A stretch of DNA of 64,000 bases, taken from positions 46,175-110,174 of the forward strand of contig DATFSR010000017.1 in NCBI GenBank assembly GCA_035262505.1, given 5' to 3'. Below the pieces are notes generated by a model, which did no database searches, had not been told where the DNA came from, and saw only the letters and a list, made by a program, of their open reading frames with translations. This DNA comes from Candidatus Acidiferrum sp. (GTDB taxonomy: Bacteria; Acidobacteriota; Terriglobia; Acidiferrales; UBA7541). The position numbers were made by a program, and so were the translations under genes. Positions 29,243 through 38,104 of this stretch are shown here, one piece after another (the first letter of the stretch is position 1; each line of letters begins with the position of its first letter).

Positions 29243-30992
29243 AGCCGCGCCAGCTCCGACGGCCACGCAACGAGGACGCCCGGCATCGGCGCACTCGAGG
29301 CGGCACCGCCTGAATCCGCTCGAAGCGCTGGAACGCGGATTCGCACTCTTTCAGTCCACATTCTCGCGCGAGGCGTGGCGTTACTACACCGGCGCAGCGC
29401 CGCTGGTCCTTTGCTTTATCCCGATATGGGTAGTGGACGGACAGATTCAAATATCTGACGGCGTGCTCCTGCTGCAGGCTGTATTGCTCGCGGCGGCGTA
29501 TCTGCTGCGCGCTGGGATGGTCGCCGGCTACGTGCAACGTGTTCGCGAGCGAACCTTGGGTGTGCCGCCATCGAAACCTGCGGGCGTGGCTGCGCGAGCA
29601 GCAGCTGTGGGACGCTTGCTCGCGTGGAAAATCGCACTGAGCGCCGCTGCTTTGGCGACACTGCCTACTGTCGCTGCGGCCTCGTGGTTTTACGGCGCGT
29701 GCCAATTCGCCACGCTTGAGGCGCAGGAAGACGCCGCCGAACGGCATTCATTGGGGGGCTGCCTCGCGCTCTCGACCCAATGGTTCGGCGGCGGCTTGCT
29801 TCTTTTCCTGATGCTTTTCCCCCTTTGGATCGCCGTGTGGCTGAACGGCTTCATTGTTGCGGTGATTATCCCGGCGCTGCTGCGCTCGATATTCGGGGTG
29901 AAGACCCTTCTATCCACGCAAATGGGCATCTACTCCCTGCTTCAAAGTTCTGCGTTCTGGCTTTCGCTTTTCGCTGGGGCCTGGCTCGCGCTCGATCCGA
30001 TTGTCAAATGTACGTTCATCGTCGTCTATCAGCATTTGCGATCGCGACGCGAAGGAGACGACCTGCGGGGGGCACTGGCGAGCCTGCCGCGGGAGCAGGA
30101 AAAGAAGGCCGAGTTAGTTACAGCAAGCCGGCCCGGCGGCAGAGCGATGCTCGCGTCGCTCATCGTCGTCTCGATGATTCTGCTCGGTGCTCAAACGACG
30201 CGCGCAAGCGCCGCAAGGGTGTCGCTAAACCGCGGCAGCGCGGAAACGGTAGCCGGTTCCGCGAACCAAGGGCGCGTTGAAAAATTGCGCCAAGCCCTCA
30301 GTGATGAATCCCGCCGTGCAATCTATCGCTGGCACGACGCCGAGCACTCAAGCGCCCCTACTTGGCTTGACAAGCTGCTCAGCAAGATCGGTGAGGCGAT
30401 TCAGCGCGCGTGGAATGCTTTCTTGGATTGGCTCCGAAGATTATGGCCCCGCGGCCTGAGTCTTTCAACGGATAAGGGCAGATGGCACCTGAAGGACGTT
30501 GGATTATGGCTGGCGCTGCTCCTGGCTTTGACTGTTGGGGCGGGAGCAGTGCTCGTTTGGCTCCGGCGCCGCCGCGAGGCGGCCTCGCTTGCCGTTCCCG
30601 TCGCAACAACGCCGTTGCCTGATCTCAGCAATGCCGCGGTCGCGAGTGAGCGCTCCGAGAACGAATGGTTCGCGCTGGCAGAGCGGCTAGAAGGAGAAGG
30701 CCAACTGAGGTTGGCGCTGCGTGCGGCATACTTGGCCTTGCTAGCTGGACTGGCGCAGCGCGAATGGCTGACGATTCGTCGCGATCGCACGAATCGCGAA
30801 TATCTCGACGAGTTCACGCGCCGTTGGCGAAGGCGCCCGCAAGCGGCCGTCGACGTTCGGCTCGAGATTCCAGAGAGACTGCGCACCAGTCTACGGCTGT
30901 TCGATCGCGTCTGGTATGGGTCTCACGATGTGACACTGGCGGCGGTCGCCGCGTATCGCCAGGGCCAGCGGGAGCTGCTCAACCATGTCTGA
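29235..30992 (+). CDS. Multi-TM protein with C-terminal DUF4129-like domain
   Basis: C-terminal ALRAAYLALL…RDRTNREYL…FDRVWYG is the DUF4129 pattern; multi-TM N-terminal half ending LRSRREGDDL. Confidence 0.8.
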   Translation: MSEAAPAPTATQRGRPASAHSRRHRLNPLEALERGFALFQSTFSREAWRYYTGAAPLVLCFIPIWVVDGQIQISDGVLLLQAVLLAAAYLLRAGMVAGYVQRVRERTLGVPPSKPAGVAARAAAVGRLLAWKIALSAAALATLPTVAAASWFYGACQFATLEAQEDAAERHSLGGCLALSTQWFGGGLLLFLMLFPLWIAVWLNGFIVAVIIPALLRSIFGVKTLLSTQMGIYSLLQSSAFWLSLFAGAWLALDPIVKCTFIVVYQHLRSRREGDDLRGALASLPREQEKKAELVTASRPGGRAMLASLIVVSMILLGAQTTRASAARVSLNRGSAETVAGSANQGRVEKLRQALSDESRRAIYRWHDAEHSSAPTWLDKLLSKIGEAIQRAWNAFLDWLRRLWPRGLSLSTDKGRWHLKDVGLWLALLLALTVGAGAVLVWLRRRREAASLAVPVATTPLPDLSNAAVASERSENEWFALAERLEGEGQLRLALRAAYLALLAGLAQREWLTIRRDRTNREYLDEFTRRWRRRPQAAVDVRLEIPERLRTSLRLFDRVWYGSHDVTLAAVAAYRQGQRELLNHV

Positions 30993-32277
30993 GAAGCGTT
31001 CGGGTGATCGAGCCTTTCTGAACTGGCGCGGCGCACTGCTGACCGGCGCCGTTTTCGCGGGAGTCTTTGGTATTTTGCTGTTGATGGCGCATCTGAATCA
31101 GTCGAGAACAAGCGACGAAGGATCCAGCTTCCGCCAGGACCCTTACGGCGTCAGCTTGCTGTTCGATTCCTATGAGCGTGCTGGATATCAAGTAAATCGC
31201 AGCCAGGACCAGAAACTGCTCACGGACCAGGATGCTGCTCGCACCACCGCCTTTTTCATTGGCGGTGACAACTATGAGGATTTCGAAACCCGCGACGGGA
31301 AGATGGTTAGAGGCGAGAAATTCCATGCTTTGTTGGAAGACTTCCTCGGGCGTGGCGGCCGTATCGTCCTGCTGCAACACTCACCCGGCGTAAGCGTCGC
31401 TTCCATTCCTGAGCCGGGGGACAAGCCTGGGCCCTGGGCCAAGCCGAACTCAGCTCCCATCAAGTGGCAAGTGGAGAAAAATTGGGGAATCGAGAATGTG
31501 TTCCATTCGCCAGACAAGGGCGGATTCGGCCCCGCGGTAGCCGAACCTAGCTCCGCCGCGATGCCCGCCGGAAGCGAGAAGATGTATCTCGCCACCGATG
31601 CACTCTGGCTCAAAACCGACTCGCAGTGGACCGCGCTCTATGTGGCACCAGCGAACGCAACAGCGTCTCAAACCAGGGGAAATGATGTTCAGTCGCCTGC
31701 GAAGGTTTATATGGCTATGAGGAGAGTCGGCAATGGTGAGCTTGTCGTGGCGAGCCAAGAGTCGTTCTTACTCAACGAGACGATCAAGACGCATCCGAAT
31801 CCCGTGCTCCTGGATTTTCTGGCCGGCGGGCGGCCGGTAATTTGGGTGGATGAAACTCTGCACGGATTGCATCAGGAGGAGGGTGTGCTCTGGCTCGTGC
31901 AGCGGTATCGGTTGCAAGGCGCGCTCCTTTTGTTCTGGGCGACTTTGCTAGCTCTGCTTTGGAGCATGAACGGCGATTTAGTGCGACGGCCCGCGCGTAG
32001 CCGCAGCGCGGAGATCGTTCGCCAGGGAGAAGGCGCGGGGGTGGCCTCGCAGCGGCTCCTTCAACGGAGCATTCCGAAAGAGCAAGTTGTGGCGGAATGC
32101 TGGGAACAGTTCCGCCGCCGCTCGCCGCAGGATGCGGAAGCCATTTCCGCCGAGCCTCGTTGGGGTCCGCGGCTCCGTTCGGCCCTGGGGCAGGGGCCTC
32201 TGACGGGATACAACGAACTAAGGCGTCTGATCGCCGAGCGCCGCGCTTCGGCGAAAGGCCTGGCTCATGAAGAGTAA
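30985..32277 (+). CDS. DUF4350-like membrane-anchored protein
   Basis: N-terminal TM, SSFRQDPYG, GGRIVL, GNGELVVAS…FLLNE, WVDETLHG, C-terminal TM; sits directly before moxR. Confidence 0.75.
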   Translation: MSEKRSGDRAFLNWRGALLTGAVFAGVFGILLLMAHLNQSRTSDEGSSFRQDPYGVSLLFDSYERAGYQVNRSQDQKLLTDQDAARTTAFFIGGDNYEDFETRDGKMVRGEKFHALLEDFLGRGGRIVLLQHSPGVSVASIPEPGDKPGPWAKPNSAPIKWQVEKNWGIENVFHSPDKGGFGPAVAEPSSAAMPAGSEKMYLATDALWLKTDSQWTALYVAPANATASQTRGNDVQSPAKVYMAMRRVGNGELVVASQESFLLNETIKTHPNPVLLDFLAGGRPVIWVDETLHGLHQEEGVLWLVQRYRLQGALLLFWATLLALLWSMNGDLVRRPARSRSAEIVRQGEGAGVASQRLLQRSIPKEQVVAECWEQFRRRSPQDAEAISAEPRWGPRLRSALGQGPLTGYNELRRLIAERRASAKGLAHEE

Positions 32278-32336
32278 GAGGCTCCCGATCGGTCTGTTTC
32301 TTCGCCGAAGACGGCTGCCGAGGAGGCACGAATCGC

Positions 32337-33350
32337 ATGAATAACCAACCGGTACTTGACTCGGACGGGAAAACACAACCTTCGCGCGCCGAAGGGCAAG
32401 CGGCGATCACGAGCGGCGCGCACCGCGTCAGAGAAGCATTGGCCCGGGTGGTTGTGGGCCAGAACGAAGCAATTGATCTGGCCTTGGTAACGCTGCTCGC
32501 TGGCGGCCACGCGCTGATTGAGGGTGTTCCCGGCGTGGGGAAAACGCTCCTGGCTAAGGCCCTCGCGCGCGCCGTAGCTGGCGAATTTCAGCGCATTCAG
32601 TTCACGCCGGACTTGATGCCGGCGGACATCACGGGAACGAGCGTCTTCGACATGAAAACGCAAGAGTTCCGCCTGGTTCGCGGGCCGATCTTCACGAATT
32701 TCTTGCTCGCGGACGAAATCAATCGGGCCCCCGCCAAAACGCAATCGGCGTTGCTGGAAGCCATGCAAGAGCGACAGGTCACAATAGATCGCTCGACCTG
32801 CGCGCTGCCGCCAGTCTTCGTCGTTTTTGCAACGCAAAACCCAATCGAGCATCAGGGCACTTATCCGCTTCCGGAAGCGCAGAAGGACCGCTTTCTCTTG
32901 AAAATTCGCATGGGTTATCCGGTGGCGGAAGACGAAAACGAACTGGCGCGGCTGGTGGCGCAGGGGGATGCGCCGGAACATCGGCTGGCGGGGGAACTCC
33001 GCAATCCGGTTTTGCGGCCGGGCGAACTCGATGAGCTGCGTGCAGCCACGGCGCGTGTGAGTGTGAGCGAAGCCGTCAGTCAGTATATCGTCAATTTGGT
33101 TCGACAAACGAGGCAGCACGCGGCTATATGGGTCGGCGCCGGGCCGCGCGCGACCCTGGCGCTACTGTCGGCATCGCGCGCGCTCGCGGCGCTCGAGCAG
33201 CGCGATTTCGTGCTGCCCGAGGACGTAAAGACGCTGGCTGCTCCGGTCCTCGAACACCGCATGCTGCTCCGGCCAGAATTCGAGATGGAAGGCGTCGAGC
33301 TTCGTGAAGTCATCAAGGCAGTGTTGGAAGCAGTCGAAGTGCCGCGCTAG
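32337..33350 (+). CDS. moxR: MoxR family AAA+ ATPase
   Basis: EGVPGVGKT, RIQFTPDLMPADITG, DEINRAPAKTQSALLEAMQE, ATQNPIEHQGTYPLPEAQKDRF. Confidence 0.95.
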   Translation: MNNQPVLDSDGKTQPSRAEGQAAITSGAHRVREALARVVVGQNEAIDLALVTLLAGGHALIEGVPGVGKTLLAKALARAVAGEFQRIQFTPDLMPADITGTSVFDMKTQEFRLVRGPIFTNFLLADEINRAPAKTQSALLEAMQERQVTIDRSTCALPPVFVVFATQNPIEHQGTYPLPEAQKDRFLLKIRMGYPVAEDENELARLVAQGDAPEHRLAGELRNPVLRPGELDELRAATARVSVSEAVSQYIVNLVRQTRQHAAIWVGAGPRATLALLSASRALAALEQRDFVLPEDVKTLAAPVLEHRMLLRPEFEMEGVELREVIKAVLEAVEVPR

Positions 33351-33402
33351 ACCGCATAAGGAGTACGTGCGGCAAGGCTGAAGCACAGAAGCATGCGAAA
33401 TC

Positions 33403-34974
33403 ATGACGGCTGGAGATAAAAAGTTGGCGGGCATCGGTGCGCCGGGCTCTATGGTGGCCGGAATGGGAACCAGCCCGGAGCCGACAGGTCGCCACTTGCA
33501 GTCGCCCGACAAACTTGGGCAGCGGGTCGCGCTGCGCCCTGCGGGAACGCAATGTATTCCAGCGGATCCGCTCGCGTGGGCGCTCGGACTGCTGGGTGTG
33601 GGGGCGTGCATTGCACCATGGCTTGTAGGCGGATGGCTCTGGCTCAAATTAATCGGAGCAATTCTGGTGCTGCTGGCGTGTTATGACGGGGCTGCGCTGT
33701 GGCTCGCCCGGAAGGAATTTACACCGGTCCAGCTATTGCAAGAAAAAGGCCTTGGTGGACGCGAAGGGCAAACAATCCAGGTTCCGCTCGCACTCGCCGG
33801 CTCCGGGCGGCACCGGCTCCGCAGCGAAGTCCGCGTGGCGATCATGCCGGCTACGCAAGAGAGTGAAACCGCCTTTGAAGTGCTAAGCAGACCACAGCGG
33901 CTCAAGCTCGAGCGACCGAATCCAGCCGACGGTTCGACGTCTGCGGGCAGCTCGCCAGCCCTATTATGGTCCTGGACCTCCGAGATTGCCTTGCTTCGGC
34001 GCGGTCTCTGGCCTGGACCGCGCCTTGGCGTCGAATGGCTCTCGCGCTTTGGAATCTGGCGCCTCAGGCAGTGGTTTGAGTTGCCAGAGCCGTTGCGAAT
34101 CGAGGCGGATTTGCGCTCCGGGCGGCGAGAGATTCTGCGCAGCCAGATTTACCGTGCGCTGGTGGCATCCCGGCAGACGCCGTGGACCGGACAGGGGCGC
34201 GAATTCGAGCGCTTGCGCGATTATCAGCCCGGCGATACGTACCCAGAGATCGCGTGGAAGGCCACGGCGCGGCGGAATGCTCCGGTCACGCGGCTTTTCC
34301 AATGGGAACAGAAGCAGGAAGTGTATTTCGTGATCGATCAATCGCGGGCGTCCGCGCTTAATCCGGCTGAGGACCGCGAGGATGGCTTCCTACAAGAGCA
34401 CCAGAAACGGCTGCTGGATCTCAGTGTGGAAACCGCGCTGGTGGGCGCTACGGTGGCACTGGAACTGGGCGATGAATTTGGTCTGGTCACGTACGCGGAT
34501 GAGCCCAAGTCGTGGTTGCGCGCGGGAAGCGGCCAATCCCACTTTCACCAATTTCGGGATCGCTTGCTCAATCTCGAGCCTTTGCCCACCACTGCGGATT
34601 ACGAGGTGTTGTTCGGCGAAATCCGCCTGCGGCTGCGGCGGCGCGCATATCTGGTGGTGCTGTCGGATTTGACAGAGCGTTGGGTTTCTGACCCGCTACG
34701 CCGCTCAATTGGGCTGGTTCGCTCGTCGCATGCGGTCCTGATAACGAGTATCCTGCCGGCTCACGCGCGGCCGGCATTTTCGCCGGGCGAGGACCCGCAG
34801 ACGGATTTGGACGTGTACGCGGCGCTTGCACGTGAAAGAGAAAACCAGCGAGTCGGGGCGCTGGCGCGGCAACTGCGTCAATTGAACGTGCAGCTCCGGT
34901 TTGTTCCTGCAACCAGATTCTTGCGAACAGCAGTGGAAGGATACTTGGAAAGCAAGCGGGAGCAGCGGCTGTGA
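33403..34974 (+). CDS. DUF58 (vWA-related) domain protein
   Basis: GREFERLRDYQPGD…IAWKATAR; N-terminal TM hairpin; start uncertain. Confidence 0.9.
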   Translation: MTAGDKKLAGIGAPGSMVAGMGTSPEPTGRHLQSPDKLGQRVALRPAGTQCIPADPLAWALGLLGVGACIAPWLVGGWLWLKLIGAILVLLACYDGAALWLARKEFTPVQLLQEKGLGGREGQTIQVPLALAGSGRHRLRSEVRVAIMPATQESETAFEVLSRPQRLKLERPNPADGSTSAGSSPALLWSWTSEIALLRRGLWPGPRLGVEWLSRFGIWRLRQWFELPEPLRIEADLRSGRREILRSQIYRALVASRQTPWTGQGREFERLRDYQPGDTYPEIAWKATARRNAPVTRLFQWEQKQEVYFVIDQSRASALNPAEDREDGFLQEHQKRLLDLSVETALVGATVALELGDEFGLVTYADEPKSWLRAGSGQSHFHQFRDRLLNLEPLPTTADYEVLFGEIRLRLRRRAYLVVLSDLTERWVSDPLRRSIGLVRSSHAVLITSILPAHARPAFSPGEDPQTDLDVYAALARERENQRVGALARQLRQLNVQLRFVPATRFLRTAVEGYLESKREQRL

Positions 34975-36002
34975 TTTTGGATCTCGAACGATTTCAGGCG
35001 CAGGCGCGACCGCGCTGGAGCGCACTCGAATCGCTGCTCACGGTGCTGGAGGACCGGCCCAGCCGCCGGTTGAACCTGGCGGAAACCGAACAACTGCAAG
35101 AGCTTTACGCCCACACCGCCACCGATTTGAATCGCGTCACGCACGGCGCTCTGGCGCCGGACCTAAGACAATATCTCGAGCGCCTGGTGGCACGCGCTTA
35201 TGCCGAACTCTACTACGCTCCGCCGACGCGCTCCGAAATCTGGCAGCCTCGTCGATGGTTGCGGTTCTTCACTGCGTTCCCGGAAGCGTTTCGGCGGCAG
35301 TCCCGCTACTTCACGCTGGCCGTCCTGATCACGGCATTGGGCTGCGCGCTCGGCGGACTGGCGGTTCGCTACGACCCCGCTGCGGTAGACGTGCTGCTCC
35401 CGGCTGACTATCTGCGCAATCCAGGCCAGCGGATCAATGAAGAGACAAAAGGACAGAATCGTCATTCAAACTCAGCGCAGATGGAAGCCGCGTTCTCGGC
35501 GGCACTGATCACGCACAACATACAGGTGGCGCTGCTCGCGGCAGCACTCGGCGTAACGTTTGGCATCGGGACGGCGCTGCTACTGTTCGAAAATGGCGTG
35601 CTGCTTGGCGCAGTTGCGGTTCGTTACACGCAGCAGGGCTTTGGCCTCTTCGTGACTGCCTGGTTGTTGCCGCATGGAGCGTTCGAGATTCCGTCCATCC
35701 TGATCGCCGGGCAGGCAGGGTTCTACTTGGCGCGCTTGCTGCTGCGTCGGCGAGAAGATCGCGACATGCGCCGGGCCATGCATGAATGGCTCCTCCTAAT
35801 TGGCGGCCTGGCGATGATGCTGGTGTGGGCGGGCATGATGGAAGCATTTTTTTCGCAGCATCACGAGCCGGTTCTGCCTTACGGATTCAAAGTTGCGGTT
35901 GGCGCGGCAGAGCTAGGGCTGCTGACGGTTTATCTGCTGCTCGTTGGTCAAAGAAAGACCGCGGCGGAAGAGCAGGTGAGTGGCCCCTCGGAGAGTAAAT
36001 GA
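34971..36002 (+). CDS. SpoIIM-like (DUF95) membrane protein
   Basis: ITHNIQVA, ENGVLLG, LLPHGAFEIPSILIAGQAG, AGMMEAFFS. Confidence 0.9.
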   Translation: MILDLERFQAQARPRWSALESLLTVLEDRPSRRLNLAETEQLQELYAHTATDLNRVTHGALAPDLRQYLERLVARAYAELYYAPPTRSEIWQPRRWLRFFTAFPEAFRRQSRYFTLAVLITALGCALGGLAVRYDPAAVDVLLPADYLRNPGQRINEETKGQNRHSNSAQMEAAFSAALITHNIQVALLAAALGVTFGIGTALLLFENGVLLGAVAVRYTQQGFGLFVTAWLLPHGAFEIPSILIAGQAGFYLARLLLRRREDRDMRRAMHEWLLLIGGLAMMLVWAGMMEAFFSQHHEPVLPYGFKVAVGAAELGLLTVYLLLVGQRKTAAEEQVSGPSESK

Positions 36003-36805
36003 CGGACCCTCAGCCAACTCGGTTGCCGACCGTGGCCGAACTCACCGTTGCGACCCCGGAAGGCGTGGTCTTTCGGCTGCCGTTGGCGGGTCCAGCGGCA
36101 CGGCTTTACGCAATGCTGCTCGATACAGCGATTGTGCTGGCGGCGGTGAACGGACTTGGTTGGGTGGTTTACGCGATTTTCGCGAAAGCGCCAGGATTTG
36201 GAGTCATGGTGATCACGCTGGCTGAATTTGCCATCGGGTTTGCCTATGCCGCGCTGCTGGAGGGTTTTTGGAACGGTCAAACCGTCGGAAAGCGCCTGCT
36301 CCATTTACGGGTAATTGACCAAACCGGGCTTCCCCTGCGCGTCGAGCAGGCATGGGTACGAAATCTGATGCGCGTGTTCGACGCGCTGCCCTTTGCGTAT
36401 CTGTTTGGTGGTATCTCTGTGCTGAGCAGTCCGTTGATGCAAAGGTTCGGCGACCGAGTGGCGGGGACGCTCGTGGTACGCGAAACACCCTTGGCTCCGC
36501 CGGCGGAGGAATTCTGGACGCGCCAGAAGTACAACTCCTTCCTGGATTTTCCCGCAATCGCGATGCGTCTACGCCGCGCGGCGACGCCCGAACTGGCAAG
36601 TCTTATTCAAGACGCGCTGCGCCGTCGTAACGAGCTAGCGCCTTACGCGCGGCGGGAGATCTTTCGCGAACTAGCGACGTATCTGCAGAACGAAATCGCC
36701 CCATTTCCCGACGAACTAGTCGAGATGCTCAGTGACGAGCAGTATTTGATTAACGCGGCCGGTGCACTGTTTGGGGACCAGCGACTCTCGAGAATCCAGC
36801 GTTGA
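35999..36805 (+). CDS. RDD family protein
   Basis: TPEGVVF…LAGPAARLYAMLLD, GQTVGKRLLHLRV, RNLMR, QRFGDRVAGTLVV; ATGA overlap. Confidence 0.9.
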   Translation: MTDPQPTRLPTVAELTVATPEGVVFRLPLAGPAARLYAMLLDTAIVLAAVNGLGWVVYAIFAKAPGFGVMVITLAEFAIGFAYAALLEGFWNGQTVGKRLLHLRVIDQTGLPLRVEQAWVRNLMRVFDALPFAYLFGGISVLSSPLMQRFGDRVAGTLVVRETPLAPPAEEFWTRQKYNSFLDFPAIAMRLRRAATPELASLIQDALRRRNELAPYARREIFRELATYLQNEIAPFPDELVEMLSDEQYLINAAGALFGDQRLSRIQR

Positions 36806-36971
36806 ATGGAACCACCTCTTTTTTCGCTGGGCACAAAATCGTCTCTCAGGCCGCGCTATTCCTGCCAGGTCCAGCCTGGAAACACTGGTCAGGAGGATGT
36901 ACCGGAGACATGGGTAACACACCGTTCCGGTTACGCAGGCAAGCTGCTCCACTCCCGAATGCCCTTCGCTT

Positions 36972-37703
36972 CTATTTTCTAGCGTCAGAATCGCTCCCAA
37001 GAATTTTGCGGGCGTAGGCCGGAGCCTTGCCCTCGTCTTCGTGTTTGCAATAAGCGTACACGTCAACGCCCTGACTCATCCAGGTATCGAAGCGCTTTCT
37101 CCACGCGGCCAGTTGTTTCGGCGCGTAGTTTTCCAGCCGCAGGCGCACATAGGTAAAATTCGCGGTGAGCACCTCTGGCGGCTCCTGCTTTTCCGTCTCC
37201 GCGATGCACAGAGCCGTCTCGTGCTTGCGCAGGGTCTCATACGTTTCCTCGGTGTACCACGACGCGTGGCGCACCTCGAATGCAAACAGAAAGGCCGGTG
37301 GCCGCATCGCCAGAAAATCTTCCAGCAGCGGCTTGTCAAACTTGAACGAAGGCGGAAGCTGCACGAGAATCGGCCCGAGATGATCGCCTTCCTGCAGCAC
37401 GCTGGCCACTTCCAAAAATCTTTTCAGCGTGCTCTCGCTTCCGCGCAGTCTCTGAATGTGCGTGATCTGCTGATTCGCCTTCAGGGCGAAACGAAATCCT
37501 TCCGGCACGCTTTTCGTCCAGTTCAGCAGTAAATTCTCCGTAGGCATGCGATAAAAACTGTGATTGATCTCCACGGTCGCGAATTGCGTGCCGTAATAGC
37601 GCAACATCTCCTTGTCAGGCAGCTTCTCGGGGTAGAAATTCCCTTTCCACTGCTTGTACGAGTACCCCGACGTCCCTACCCGAAGCTGGGCAGCGTTAGA
37701 AAT
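36972..37703 (-). CDS. DUF72 (YecE-like) protein; probable ATT start
   Basis: LRVGTSGYSYKQWKGNFYP lies upstream of the ORF-track ATG; TVEINHSFY, LVQLPPSF, FEVRHASW, YVRLR. Confidence 0.9.
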   Translation of the reverse strand: MSNAAQLRVGTSGYSYKQWKGNFYPEKLPDKEMLRYYGTQFATVEINHSFYRMPTENLLLNWTKSVPEGFRFALKANQQITHIQRLRGSESTLKRFLEVASVLQEGDHLGPILVQLPPSFKFDKPLLEDFLAMRPPAFLFAFEVRHASWYTEETYETLRKHETALCIAETEKQEPPEVLTANFTYVRLRLENYAPKQLAAWRKRFDTWMSQGVDVYAYCKHEDEGKAPAYARKILGSDSDARK

Positions 37704-37776
37704 GGAACACCTCCAAATTGTGAAATTTAATCATAGGTGCGACGCCGGGAAAAGGACGCTACCGCGTGAAGGCCGG

Positions 37777-38076
37777 CTAGATTCTTTTGACCCGCTGGTA
37801 TTTCTGCGGTAGGTCGCTGCCGAACTTCCCGCACAAAGCAGACACGTCTTGAAAGTCTTTGTCCTTGAGCTCGTATCCGGAATGAAATCGGACCGTCCAT
37901 TCGGGTGAAATGCACCTCACCCTTCGGCCCTTTATCGACCCGCTTCCCTTGAGGGAAGCTGCAGGATATTTTTCTCCCCTTGCAGGCGGCCCGTATATCC
38001 CGTCTCCCTGACCGTCGAGCACAATGACGTGGACATCAATTTCTCTTCCGCGATCGTCGCCCAAAACGAAAATCAC
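37777..38076 (-). pseudogene. 5'-truncated lincosamide/aminoglycoside nucleotidyltransferase-like (LnuA/ANT(2'')-like) fragment
   Basis: FVLGDDRGREIDVH…G.G.I.GRRVRCISPE…FHSGYEL..KDFQDVSAL matches the family C-terminal half; in-frame TAG 6 codons upstream; no N-terminal GGW/DxD part. Confidence 0.7.
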
Positions 38077-38104
38077 TGCGACAAACCCCGGCTATAATTT
38101 TGCT

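Noticed and set aside
34971-36002. SpoIIM and GerMN as evidence of sporulation
   Set aside because: Both domain families are widespread in non-sporulating bacteria, and no core sporulation genes are in the window.
26040-36972. tRNA-anchored integrative element
   Set aside because: No integrase, and I found no duplicate of the tRNA 3' end downstream; only a weak upstream-flank similarity, reported separately.
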